DNA of 64,000 bases, from NCBI RefSeq assembly GCF_032444005.1, contig NC_091284.1, positions 665,012,001 through 665,076,000 on the forward strand, read 5' to 3'. This DNA is from Ranitomeya imitator. Lineage: Eukaryota. The notes below the pieces were generated by a model. It was not told the DNA's origin. It did no database searches and saw nothing but the letters and a program-made list of their open reading frames with translations. A program made the position numbers and the translations under genes. Of this stretch, positions 1 to 11,644 are shown piece after piece; positions within the stretch are counted from its first letter, which is position 1; each line of letters begins with the position of its first letter.

Positions 1-526
1 TCACCACACACGGGGATATGAACACACACACAAAAGGCGCCACACACTACCACGTGCTTGAACACATATACCACCCTCAGCACACATTTCACCACACATA
101 CACCAACCTCGCCACATAAAAGTCGAAACACAAAAGTTGCCACTCAAAACTCGCCACATGCAAAACTAGGCTGACGCAAAACTCGCCACACGTGCAAAAC
201 TCACCTCATGGAAAACTCGCCACACGCAAAACTTGCACACGCGGAAAAATTGCCACATGCACAAAAGTTGCAACACATGCAAAAGTTGCAACACACAAAA
301 CTTGCACATACTCAAAACGCACCACACATAAAACTCGCCACGCGCAAAACTCGCCATGCGCAAAACTTCCTGGACACAACTTGCTACACTAACCTGTCAC
401 ATGCAATTCGACACACAAAAAGTTGCTACACGCATGTCGCCACACAAAACTCATCTAATAAAAGTCGCTACATGCATGTAGCCACATGCAACTCAACACA
501 CACAAATTGACACATGAAACTCGCCC
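1..526. repeat. Degenerate A/C-rich tandem repeat (AAAACTCGCCACA / AAAAGTTGC units), probably the interior of a dispersed repeat
   Basis: Many imperfect recurrences of the motif from about 110 to 526; termini not visible. Confidence 0.6.
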
Positions 527-529
527 TAA

Positions 530-935
530 GGCCGGTTTCACACGTCAGTGGCTCCGGTACGTGAGGTGACAGTTTCCTCATGTACCGGAGACACTGACTC
601 ACGTAGACACATTGAAATCAGTGTGTCACTGCACATGTCAGCGTGTTTTCACGGACTGTGTGTCCGTGTGCAAAACACGGATACATGTCAGTGTTCGTGG
701 GAGCGCACGGATTACACGGACCCATTAAAGTCAATGGGTCCGTGTAAAACACGTACCGCACACGGACGCTGTCCGTGTGCAGTCCGTGTACCGTGCAGGA
801 GACAGCGCTACTGTAAGCGCTGTGCCCCCCATGTGGTGCTGAAGCCGCCATTCATATCTTCTTTCCAGCAGTGTTCGCTGGCTAGAAGATATGAAAAATC
901 CTATTTTTTTGTTTTGGCTGACCAAGGTGTGAAAC
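530..935. mobile_element. Harbinger-like MITE, degraded right end
   Basis: TAA + GGCCGGTTTCACAC left end; GTGTGAAAC near 926-935; internal palindromic segments. Confidence 0.5.
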
Positions 936-1347
936 TGAACAATACCTGACCAACTCAAGGGTCACCAAAGTGGTAAACAGGGTCCATCAAACTCACTGCT
1001 CTGCCAAAGTCTGAGGTAAATTATACCTGACCAATTCAACCCCACCCGCAGCTGGGGCAGGCAGGGATTACAAGCGACATATTTAAGGCTCCAGGGCACA
1101 ATCTCTAGCTATTCGGCTGTGCCCTGTCACCCTGTGTCCCTTTATTGCTGCCGCAGTTGCCCTCACAGTGTGGAAGGCTGTCTAAAAAACTTCGTTTCCG
1201 AGAATAATTCATCTACGTTTTACGGCCTAGTCACAGCATTAATCTATGAAGTGAGGGAAGATGAAGCAGGCGCCCGGATCAAATATGGCCACCGCAGCCT
1301 CACCGCGTCCCTATCCTTCCGCCCACAGTGTTGCTTGGTAACAGCAG

Positions 1348-1383
1348 CCGGAAGTCATTTTTTTATTCATTTTCCCGCGGTTG
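1348..1383 (+). promoter_or_regulatory. RB1: RB1 core promoter module: ETS/GABP site CCGGAAGT (1348-1355) and E2F site TTTTCCCGCGGTTG (1370-1383)
   Basis: Lies in a CpG-rich region 113-148 nt upstream of the RB1 ATG. Matches the recalled human RB1 promoter core GGCGGAAGTGACGTTTTCCCGCGGTTGG in motif order and in 14 consecutive bases. Confidence 0.8.
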
Positions 1384-1495
1384 CAGTGTAAACTGAGGAG
1401 GAAGCGGCAGAGCTACAGCCCCGTGTACACAGTGCAGCCTGCAGAGTGCGCGGCGCTGTCCGTCCCCCACATTACCCCTCGTCTTCACAGCTGAC

Positions 1496-1539
1496 ATGCC
1501 GCCTAAGAGCCCGAGGAGAGGAGCGTCCGGCTGGGCTGG
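1496..1539 (+). CDS. RB1: RB1 coding exon 1 (MPPKSPRRGASGWA-G, phase 2)
   Basis: The MPPKSPR start resembles vertebrate pRb (human MPPKTPRK). Strong donor GG|GTGAGT at 1540. Phase 2 joins in frame to the exon at 30253. Confidence 0.85.
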
Positions 1540-2314
1540 GTGAGTGCCGGGCACTGCGGTTGTCACAGAGGTTACTACATAACACCGCAGTAAGAATGGA
1601 TAGAGGAAAAGCACCACCTGTTTATTCCCCATCCCCCAGGGTGAGGGGCCGGCTCCTTGTCTGGATTTGTGCACTTGTCACTCATTGTTGATGTGCCATA
1701 CAGCCAGATAGTTGCTGCAGCCAATCATTGGCCTCCGTCTCCCAGGCCTCACTGTGATTGGTTGCAGTGGATGTACATGACATCATTACTGCAGGAAAAG
1801 ATGAAAGCTAGGAGACAGTCCCCAAATCCCTGCGCTTGGCCCTGGAGTACCCGGATGTGTGATCTTATGCTGCAGGTCCGCAGTCACTGCAGATGTGTGA
1901 GGCTCCATGTATCGCGCACCCTACACACTGTCAGGATTCTCCGCTGCTGTGATTTGCACACTTCTGGGCACATTCAGGCCAGATGTCTCTGGCCTCAATA
2001 CAGTTGCAGTGAGCGAGGCTGAGCAGGTCTAGTTGGCACGTGACCACATGTTTGCAGCTCACATAATAGCAGTCAGTCATAGTGACTGCAGACTTGTAGC
2101 TGAAGGCCGGACAATCCCTTTAAAGTGGTTGTTGTCATATCAGACCATGTACAGTTTATTTAAAAAAAATAAATAAATACGAACTGTGTTATTCATTGTC
2201 CCTAGGTCCAGCACCAAGTCTTTGCTGATGCTCCTGGTGTTTATTGATTGCAGTGCCCAAGCTCAGTGCCTCTGGCTGTGTAGGTGAAACATCCCGCAAA
2301 GTGGTGCTGAGCAG

Positions 2315-2479
2315 GCTGACTGGCTGCCCCGCCGAGCACGCTGACTGGCTGCCCCGCCGAGCACGCTGACTGGCTGCCCCGCCGAGCACGCTGACTGGCT
2401 GCCCCGCCGAGCACGCTGACTGGCTGCCCCGCCGAGCACGCTGACTGGCTGCCCCGCCGAGCACGCTGACTCGCTGCCC
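2315..2479. repeat. 25-bp CpG-rich minisatellite GCTGACTGGCTGCCCCGCCGAGCAC x6 plus a partial copy
   Basis: Identical units start at 2315, 2340, 2365, 2390, 2415 and 2440. Confidence 0.95.
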
Positions 2480-3104
2480 TTCTGTTTGAAAAGACTCAAA
2501 GATTTTGCAACTGTTAGATTTTGTTCACACCACTTTTGTCCAAAAGAAGCAGAGCCGGGGCAGGGCATTGTGGAGCCAGGGCAGGGCATGGTGACACCTA
2601 CTCGTCTAATTCATTCGGCAAGCTATAGCTGCATGTGTCGCGGCTGTGTGACAGTCACAACACATGCATGGAGACCCCAACGAACAGGTTCTCCATGCAT
2701 GTGTTGTTACTGTCAAACCGCCACGACACATGCAGCTGCGGAGCCGAACAGCTGATCGGGTCGCAAAAATTCGTTCGCGCGCCGTATGGCCGTGAGGGTC
2801 GTTTTTACGGCCATGAAAAAATATCGAGCCTGATCAATATTTTTCACAGCTTACGGACACGGCCCCCGTTGAAAATCAATGGGGCTGCAAAACCAACAGA
2901 AGCTTGTTTTTGCGGTGCACCGTGAAGCCCGTATTTACGGGACGCCGTTTTTTTCCAATACTTTTTCCCTGGTATTCGAAACCATAAAAGCAGCAATCCG
3001 CAAGATTTTGTGGTCCGTTTTTGCAGCAGACCGTGAAAATTCCGGTAATACGGCCCGCAAAAACCGGTCGTAGAATTCACGACAAGTGTAAAAGAAGCCT
3101 TAAG

Positions 3105-3441
3105 GCTACCTCCCATGATCAGGAAGTAGCAGCGCTTTGGACGCAGTGTATTTCCGCTGTGTCCAAAGTGCTGCGTTCTAATCACGCAGGTAAATCCGTA
3201 TGTGTTCACTGAGCAATGCAGATTTACTGCATCCAATACATATCTACAGTGGAAATCAAGGTGCTGCCACTAGTAAACCCGCACCACGGGTGAGTTTACC
3301 CAGCGTCAAATAGAAGCACAGTGGGCATGGGTTTTCTATAAATCCCATCCAATGTGCATGTACTGTACAACGCAGTGTTTTGAATCAGAGCAAGAGCTCT
3401 GCATCCAAAACGCTGCTATTCCTGATCGTGGGCACATAGCC
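3105..3441. mobile_element. Harbinger-like MITE (related interrupted copy starts near 28337)
   Basis: GGCTA...GATCAGG left end and CCTGATC...TAGCC right end, with TAA/TTA flanks. Confidence 0.65.
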
Positions 3442-3734
3442 TTAGGCTCTGCTCAATAGAGATGAGCAAATATGATTGGAATCGGTCACTGAATCTGAAT
3501 TTGCCAATCGTGCCATATTAGTACCCTTTCCATGCCGAATTTAAGTTTGACAATTGGCTTTGAACATATTTGGTCATTTCTACTCCCATTGACTCCACTG
3601 ACAATCGGCTGTATTCGGTGACTATTTCAAAAACAATCTTAGCCGCTGATCATAATTTGAACCGAATTTTGAAAAATTCGCTCAACTCTAGTGGTTACAC
3701 TTTGTGTTTTTTGCTGCTTTTTTCCACAGGCTAA

Positions 3735-5446
3735 GGCCGGCTTCACACTTGCGAGTTTTACGGACGTAAGAGCGCAGAAACTACGTCCGTAAAACTCGCA
3801 AAAAATACGGCACAATTATTCTCTATGCCCCTGCTCCTATCTGCCGTATTTTACTGATCAGTATTATACGGCTTTCTACGGCCGTACAAAATCGCAGCAT
3901 GCTGCGTTTGTCACCGTACTGCGCAAGAAATACGCCAATGAAAGTCTATGGAAGCGTGAAAAATACGGATTTCACACGGACAAGCAGTGTGACTTGCGAG
4001 AAATACGCAGCGGTGTTAGAGAGAAAAGCCGGTAATTCAGTGCGGTGTACAGTAAAATCACACTGACAGCTTACAGTCCAATAGGTAGAATAAATGTGTA
4101 CACATAGAATAGGTATATATATATATATGTCAGTGAGACACATATATGTATATATATTAATATTTATTCCAGCGCTATACAGCTTGAAAGCCGGTAATTC
4201 AATTACCGGATTTTTCTTTCTCCTTCCTAAAACCCGACATGATTTGAGACATGGTTTACATACAGTAAACCATGTCTTCTCTCCATTTTTTTTGCAGATT
4301 CCACACTACTAATGTCAGTAGTGTGTATCTGCAAAATTTGGCCGTTCTAGCTCTTAAAATAAAGGGTTAAATGGCGGAAAAAATTGGCGTGGGCTACCGC
4401 GCAATTTTCTCCGCCAGAGTAGTAAAGCCAGTGACTGAGGGCAGATATTAATAGCCTGGAGAGGGTCCATGGTTATTGGCCCCCCCCTGGCTAAAAATAT
4501 CTGCCCCCAGCCACCCCAGAAAAGGCACATCTGGAAGATGCGCCTATTCTGGCACTTGGCCACTCTCTTCCCATTCCCGTGTAGCGGTGGGATATGGGGT
4601 AATGAAGGGTTAATGCCACCTTGCTATTGTAAGGTGACATTAAGCCTAATTAATAATGGAGAGGCGTCAATTATGACACCTATCCATTATTAATCCAATT
4701 GAATGAAAGGGTTAAATAAAACACAAACACATTATTTAAAATTATTTTAATGAAATAAAAACAATGGTTGTTGGAGTATTTTATTCTACGCCCAATCCAA
4801 TCACTGAAGACCCTCGTTCTGTGAAAGAAAAAACATAATAAACCAACAATATACTTACCCTCCGCAGATCTGTAACGTCCAACGATGTAAATCCTTCTGA
4901 AGGGGTTAAAACATTTTGCAGCAAGGAGCTGTGCTAATGCAGGCTGCTCCTCGCTGCAAAACCCCGGAGAATGAGTCTAAATATAGATCAATGAGCTATA
5001 TTTAGCTTCATTTGCGGTGAGGCGCCCTCTGCTGGCTGTTTATAGATCGTGGGAATTGCCTAGAAAGCCTGGGAGCTGTATAGCGCTGGAATAAATATTA
5101 ATATATATNNNNNNNNNNNNNNNNNNNNNNNNNNNNNNNNNNNNNNNNNNNNNNNNNNNNNNNNNNNNNNNNNNNNNNNNNNNNNNNNNNNNNNNNNNNN
5201 NNNNNNNNNNNNNNNNNNNNNNNNNNNNNNNNNNNNTTTCTATAGCGGTATGTTGGTTTTGCAAGCCTGCGAGAAAACCACGCAGTACGGATGCCATACG
5301 GATTACATACGGAGGATGCCATGCGCAAAAAACGCTGACGCACCCTGCCTACGGAGGAGCTACGGACCACTATTTTCGGGACATTTCAGCGTACTACGGC
5401 CGTAATATACGGACCGTATTTTCATACGCTGAGTGTGAAGCCGGCC
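3735..5446. mobile_element. Large non-autonomous Harbinger-like element containing an N gap (5109-5236)
   Basis: TIR GGCCGGCTTCACACT / AGTGTGAAGCCGGCC, with TAA on both sides. Confidence 0.8.
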
Positions 5447-6446
5447 TAAACCTGCTTTCTTGGCAGTAAAGAAGCTGCTTACAAAAAGCAGGATTTGCTG
5501 TGTTTTTATTTTCTTGAGCATGCTGATAGTTTTGTCCCCCCCCCAAAAAAAAAAAACAAGATGCAACTGCCTAAGGTTATTGCACCAAACCGCAGAAAAA
5601 CAGTTTTTTTGCTGCATTTTTGCACTTACTCATTGTTTTCTATGGGTGAAAAAAGCTGCAAATAGTCTGAAAGAAGTGACATGCTGCAGTTTGCAAAACT
5701 CACAGTGGTTTTCCAAATCAGTCAGGAAAAAAAGTGTGTGCATGAGATTTCTGAAATCTCACAGCCTTTGCTGGTACTGTAAAACAGCTTCAAATTTGTA
5801 TTAAACAAGCAGCAAAAGCGCAAGGTGTGTGTGTAGTATATGATGATTGTTGTTTAAAGGGCCTGTGCTGTTTTGCTGGTGGCGTCATCCTGAGCGTCTT
5901 AGCTCTTGGGCCATTGCAGCTACAAGGTTACATGAAGATGAATCAGTAACTTTCTTTCATGTGCGTTTGCCACATATATGCCTAGAGCGTACCCTGTGGG
6001 TATATGCCTTTTTTTGCGTATACATATTGTGGTTTTCCCTGGTTTATTGTTTGACCTTTTTCTCGTACTCTGCACAGTAGCAGAGGTGAGACTTCCAGTA
6101 TATTCCGGCACACACCCAGACCACTCATCTGTCTATGAATCAGATCAGATTTGCTAGAGAGGAAGGACTGCTGCTCCAGCGCCAACAGCCGTGTCATTGT
6201 TACCTGATTGACAAGTGACAGAAGAGACAGCTGTGTGGTAGCTGGGCAGAATAGGATTAACTCTTTGAAAACGTGGTGCTGTACTCTATGGATTAGACTC
6301 AGGCCTCATTCACTCATCCTTGTTTAAACACATACGTGAAAAAAAAGGATGCAGGTGTCATCTGTGTTTTTGGATCAGTGTACGGTTTTGGGTCCCTTTT
6401 TACCATTGTTGTCGTCAGTGTTTTTTACAGATAAATAAGTTACAAA

Positions 6447-6753
6447 TAGTGATGAACGAGTGTACTCGTTACTTGAGTTTTCTGGGCATGCTCGGGTATT
6501 CTTCGAGTATTTTGGCGTGCTCGGGATTTAGCTTATGTCGATGCAGCTGCATGATTTACAGCTGCTAGACAGCTTGAATACATGTGGGGATTCTTTAACA
6601 AACAGGAATCCCTTCATGTGTTCAAGCTGTCTAGCAGCCACAAATCATGCAGCTACGGAGACAGAAAACAAATCCCCGAGCACGCCCAAATACTCGGAGA
6701 ACACCCGAGCATGCTCAGAAAACTTGAGTAACGAGCATACTCGCTCATCAGTA
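6447..6753. mobile_element. hAT-like MITE
   Basis: TAGTGATG... / ...CATCAGTA termini; perfect 8-bp TSD GTTACAAA (6439-6446 and 6754-6761); internally palindromic. Confidence 0.85.
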
Positions 6754-6864
6754 GTTACAAACCTTTCTATCCTTCACGACGTTCTACACGGACAGGACAC
6801 GGATGGTACACTGATACTATCCATGTGCCGTACGTGTTTTTCACAGACCCATAGACTTGTATTA

Positions 6865-7275
6865 GGCTGGTTTTACACTTGCCATGTTTTTGCGGGCCTG
6901 TTTTTTCGGCCCCAATGCATTTCTGTGGGGCCGCAAAAACTGGCCTCAAGAATTCATAGGAGCACCGTACGCTGTAAGACCATGAGGGCCGTATTTACTG
7001 GCGTGAAAAAATAACGAGCTTGCTCGATTATATTTCACGGCTTACGGACACGGCCCCCATTGTAAATCAGTGGGGCCGCAATAACAAGGAAAGGTTGTTT
7101 TTGCGGTGTGCCGTGACTTCCGGTTTTGCGGACCGCCGTTTTTTTTCCCACTACTTTTGCTATAGTATTGGGAACCTGAAAAACGTCGATTCGCAAGTTT
7201 TTTGTGGTCCGATATTGTGGCAGACCTTGAAAATTGCAGCCGGCCGCAGAAAACCCGGTAAGTGTAAAAGCAGCC
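6865..7275. mobile_element. Harbinger-like MITE
   Basis: GGCTGGTTTTACACTT / AAGTGTAAAAGCAGCC TIRs, flanked by TTA and TGA. Confidence 0.7.
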
Positions 7276-7626
7276 TGAGCCCTTCTTATCTGTGATACCA
7301 GAAAACAACGGCCATGTCTCCATGAGTTTTGCATGTACAAACAGTTCATGAAGAAACACCGACATGTGAACAGCACGATAGATTCTAGTGGGTACATGTA
7401 AAAAAAACGGATGCAACGCGTATGTTGAGCACTGCTGTCTGAATGAGACCCTACATTGTAAATCTCCAGTACGGACACGCGAGATACAGAAAGATCAAAG
7501 GCATACTTGCCAATTCTCCGACACTGTCTGGGAGGCTCGAGATAACAGAAAGATGAAAAACTTGCAGGCTCCACCATTCCATTCCATGAAGCTGAAGTCT
7601 CTTTTCTGTGTTTGATGGCTGGCTTA

Positions 7627-8093
7627 GGCTGCTTTCACACATCAATTTTTTGCCCTCGGGCCCAATCAGGCGAATTATGCCGCCGGATCCGTTTTTTTTC
7701 TCATAGACTTGTATTAGCGACAGATTGCGCCGGATGGCCACACGCTTCATCCGTCGTTATACGGATCCGGAGAAAATTGTTGATTCGGCGGTGGGGAAAA
7801 AAATGTACAAAGTTACATTTTTTTTTTTGTCTCCGGTGAAAAACCGGACAACGTCGGATCCGACGGCGTCCGGCATTTGCTATAATGGAAGCCTATGGCG
7901 CCAGATCCGTCAAATGATGGAATCCGGCGACGGATTCCATTTTTTTAAACTGAGCATGCTCCAATTTTTTGGGGATCCAATTAGCTGGATCAGCTAGTCG
8001 GATCTATTGAAAAAACGGATCTGTCAGATCAGTTTTTTTTCAACAGTCGCTGGATTGTGCCTGACGGCAAAAAACTGATGTGTGAAAGCAGCC
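7627..8093. mobile_element. Harbinger-like MITE
   Basis: GGCTGCTTTCACACATC / GATGTGTGAAAGCAGCC TIRs; TTA TSD. Confidence 0.85.
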
Positions 8094-10005
8094 TTACAGA
8101 CACACCCTTAAAAAGTTTTTTAGCCAGGCTTCTAACATTGATGTCCTGTTCGTTTGCATAGGTCATTAACATCAGATCAATGGGGGGCCAAACCCCACAA
8201 CAGCTGTTATTTGCTACAGTGGCAGCTGAATGTATGCATTGAATGGAGCTGCACAGCACAACTTCCTTTAACCGTTTAACAACACAGAAATGTATTGTCA
8301 GAGCAGTCATTAACAAAAATGATCATGCCCTATCACCTAACAGTAATTTACCGTAAATGGAAAGTAAAGCTTTGTGTAGACGGATATAAAGAGTCAAAAA
8401 GAAGCTAAATGGGCAAAAATGCAATTTATATGTGAGTGATAAAGTACTAAAATTATTTGTCAGAAGACCTGAATTTTCAAGGGCAATTGTGGGGAGTCCA
8501 CATGACTGGAGTGTACAGACGTGGATGAAAACTTGTCTGAATAATAAAATTTGGCATGTGATGATCATGGCCTGGAAGTAATTGTCAAATGGGGTAAAAT
8601 GTATTGTACTAATAAAAATATTATTTTATTACTCGTCCCATAAGAATTCCTCTCTACATATAAAATATGCATATTAATTAATAGTTGGAACAAAAGACCC
8701 TACCACACAATTGTGTATCATCACTAAACATCAAAATAATAATTGAAAGATGTCTGGTAGGTCTCAAAACAGGAGGTGATGCAAAGGCCTTGTTGTGAAT
8801 GGGCAGATGGGGCAATAATACCGAGAATTGCTCCCTCTATCGGGCTTCCTACAAACTCACCCTCTATTTGGGGATGTTTTTGAGTGTAAGTGGAGAGAAT
8901 GGGATGAATAAAACATTGTTCTGTTTTTTTTTTTTTTTTTTGTGGTGTCCCCTACTTTAATAACCAGGAAAGGCTAAGTATACAGCTGTGAGCTGATATT
9001 AATGGCCTGGGAAACTCCATGGGTATTACCCTCTTCCCAAACTAAACATCTGCCCCCAGCTGTCCACTTTCGCTCTGCTGGTTATGAAAAATATGTGGGA
9101 GCCCATGCCATTTTTTCCAGAAAAATAATTTATTAAATACATGTGCAGTAAGCTGCACACACACTGTACAAATGTGTGACTGGCATCTTTATATCTATCT
9201 GTTCTATGTTTATATAGCTATTCCATCTATTCTATTTTGTTGTGTCACGCTGTGTTTTTATTGTACACGCCAGATGAAATGGCGGGTTTTCAAGGACGTG
9301 GGTGTGTATTGCATTGGAGAGTCTCGTTTGATACACGAGAACAATCGCAGCATGCCACAATTCTATATTTTCAGTGTGTTTATTTAACTCCTTTACCCCT
9401 GAGGGTGGTTTGCACATTAGTGACCGGGCCAATTTTGGCAATTCTGACCACTGTCCCTTTATGAGGTATTGGCTCTGGAGTGCTTCAACAGATCACAGGG
9501 ATTCTGAGGTTGTTTTTTTGTGATACATTATACTTCATTATAGTGGTAAAATTTCTTTGGTATGACTTGCGTTTATTTGTGAAAAGAACAGAAATTTGGC
9601 GAAAATGTAGCAATTTTTGCAAATTTGAATTTTCATGCCCTTAAATCACAGAGATATTTCACACAAAATACTTTATAAGTAACATTTCCCACATGTCTAC
9701 TTTACATCAGCACAATTTTGGAACCAAAATTTTTGTTTTGTTAGGTAGTTAGGGGTTAAAAGTTGACCAGCAATTTCTCATTTTTACAGCACCATTTTTT
9801 TTTAAGGACCACATTACATTTGGAGTCACTTGGAGGGGTATATGATAGAAGACACCCAAAAGTGACACCATTCTAAAAACTGCACCCCTCAAGGGGCTCA
9901 AAACCACATTCAGGAAGTTTATTAACCCTTCAGGAGCTTCACAGGAATTTTTGAAATGTGGGGAAAAAAAATTAACATTTCACAAAAAATTAACTTCAGA
10001 TCTAA

Positions 10006-10730
10006 AGGCCCCTTCACATTTAGCGACGCTGCAGCGATACCGACAACGATCCGAATCGCTGCAGCGTCGCTGTTTGGTCGCTGGAGAGCTGTCACACAGA
10101 CCGCTCTCCAGCGACCAACGATGCCGGTAACCAGGGTAAACATCGGGTAACTAAGCGCAGGGCCGCGCTTAGTAACCCGATGTTTACCCTGGTTACCATG
10201 CTAAAAGTAAAAAAAAACAAACACTAGATACTTACCTACCGCTGTCTGTCCTCCAGCGCTGCGCTCTGCTTCTCTGCTCTCCTCCTGTACTGTCTGGGAG
10301 CCGGAAAGCAGAGCGGTGACGTCACCGCTCTGCTTTCCGGCTCACAGACAGTACAGGAGGAGAGCAGAGCGCAGCGCTGGAGGACAGACAGCGGTAGGTA
10401 AGTATCTAGTGTTTGTTTTTTTTACTTTTAGCATGGTAACCAGGGTAAACATCGGGTTACTAAGCGCGGCCCTGCGCTTAGTTACCCGATGTTTACCCTG
10501 GTTACCAGTGAAGACATCGCTGGATCGGTGTCACACACGCCGATCCAGCGATGTCTCCAGGGAGTCCAGCGACGAAATAAAGTTCTGGACTTTCTTCAGC
10601 GACCAACGATCTCCCAGCAGGGGCCTGATCGTTGGTCGCTGTCACACAGAACGATTTCATTAACGATATCGTTGCTACGTCACAAATAGCAACGATATCG
10701 TTAACAATATCGTTATGTGTGAAGGTACCT
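10006..10730. mobile_element. AGGTACC-family Harbinger-like MITE, copy 1
   Basis: AGGCCCCTTCACA / TGTGAAGGTACCT TIRs; TAA TSD; internal ~70-nt hairpins. Confidence 0.85.
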
Positions 10731-10733
10731 TAA

Positions 10734-11644
10734 GGCTATGTTCACACGTTCCTGATTTCCCTCCTTTTTTTCAGGACTAAAAACCACAGCTCTTGACAGA
10801 AAACGCAGGTCCTTTTTTTGGTGCGTTTTTTGATGCGTTTTTGATGCGTTTTTTGATGCGTTTTTTTAGTGCGTTTTTTAATGCAGTTTTCTATGCAGAG
10901 TCTGTGTGTTTTCTAGGAAGTTTTTAGGGTTAAAATGGCTGAAAATACCCTAACCCTACCCCTAACCCTACTCCTATTCGAACCTTAGTGGAAAAAAAAA
11001 AAAATTCTTTATTTTTTTTATTGTCCCTACCTATGGGGGTGACAAAGGGGGGGGGGTCATTTACTATTTTTTTTTTTATTTTGATCACTGAGATAGATTA
11101 TATCTCAGTGATCAAAATGCACTTTGGAACGAATCTGCCGGCCGGCAGATTCGGCGGGCGCACTGTGCATGCGCCCGCCATTTTGGAAGATGGCGGCGCC
11201 CAGGGAGAAGACGGACGGACGGACATCGGGAGGCCGGGTAAGTATAAGGGGGGGAGATGAGGGCACGGGGGGTTGGCATCGGAGCACGGGGGGGTGGGAT
11301 TGGGGCACGGGGGGGAAGCCACACTGCAGCGGTTCTGCACCACAAACCGCAGAAAACCCGCAGATATTTTTTTCATTGGCGGGTTTTACTGCGGGATTGA
11401 CCTCACAATGGAGGTCTATGGGTGCAGAACCGCTGCAGTTCCGCAAAAAGAAGTGACATGGTAATTCTTTTTTACCGCAGCTATTCAGCGCGGCTTTTTT
11501 GGGGTTTTTCCGCAATGTGGGCAAAGCAGTTCCTGTTTTCCATAGGGTACAGTGTAATGTACCCTGCATGGAAAACAGCTCCGGACCCGCAGCGGGAAAA
11601 TCGCGGCGATTCCGCATTAAAAAAAGGATGGTGTGAACATGGCC
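10734..11644. mobile_element. Harbinger-like MITE (second copy at 43904-45098)
   Basis: GGCTATGTTCACAC / GTGTGAACATGGCC TIRs; TAA flanks, the left one shared with the adjacent MITE. Confidence 0.85.

Noticed and set aside
3457-3690. Possible hAT MITE (TAGAGATGAGC...GCTCAACTCTA)
   Set aside because: No 8-bp TSD and a degraded interior, so it was not listed as a feature.
5040-5370. ORFs spanning N runs (also 44000-44455)
   Set aside because: Artefacts of assembly gaps at 5109-5236 and 44100-44357.
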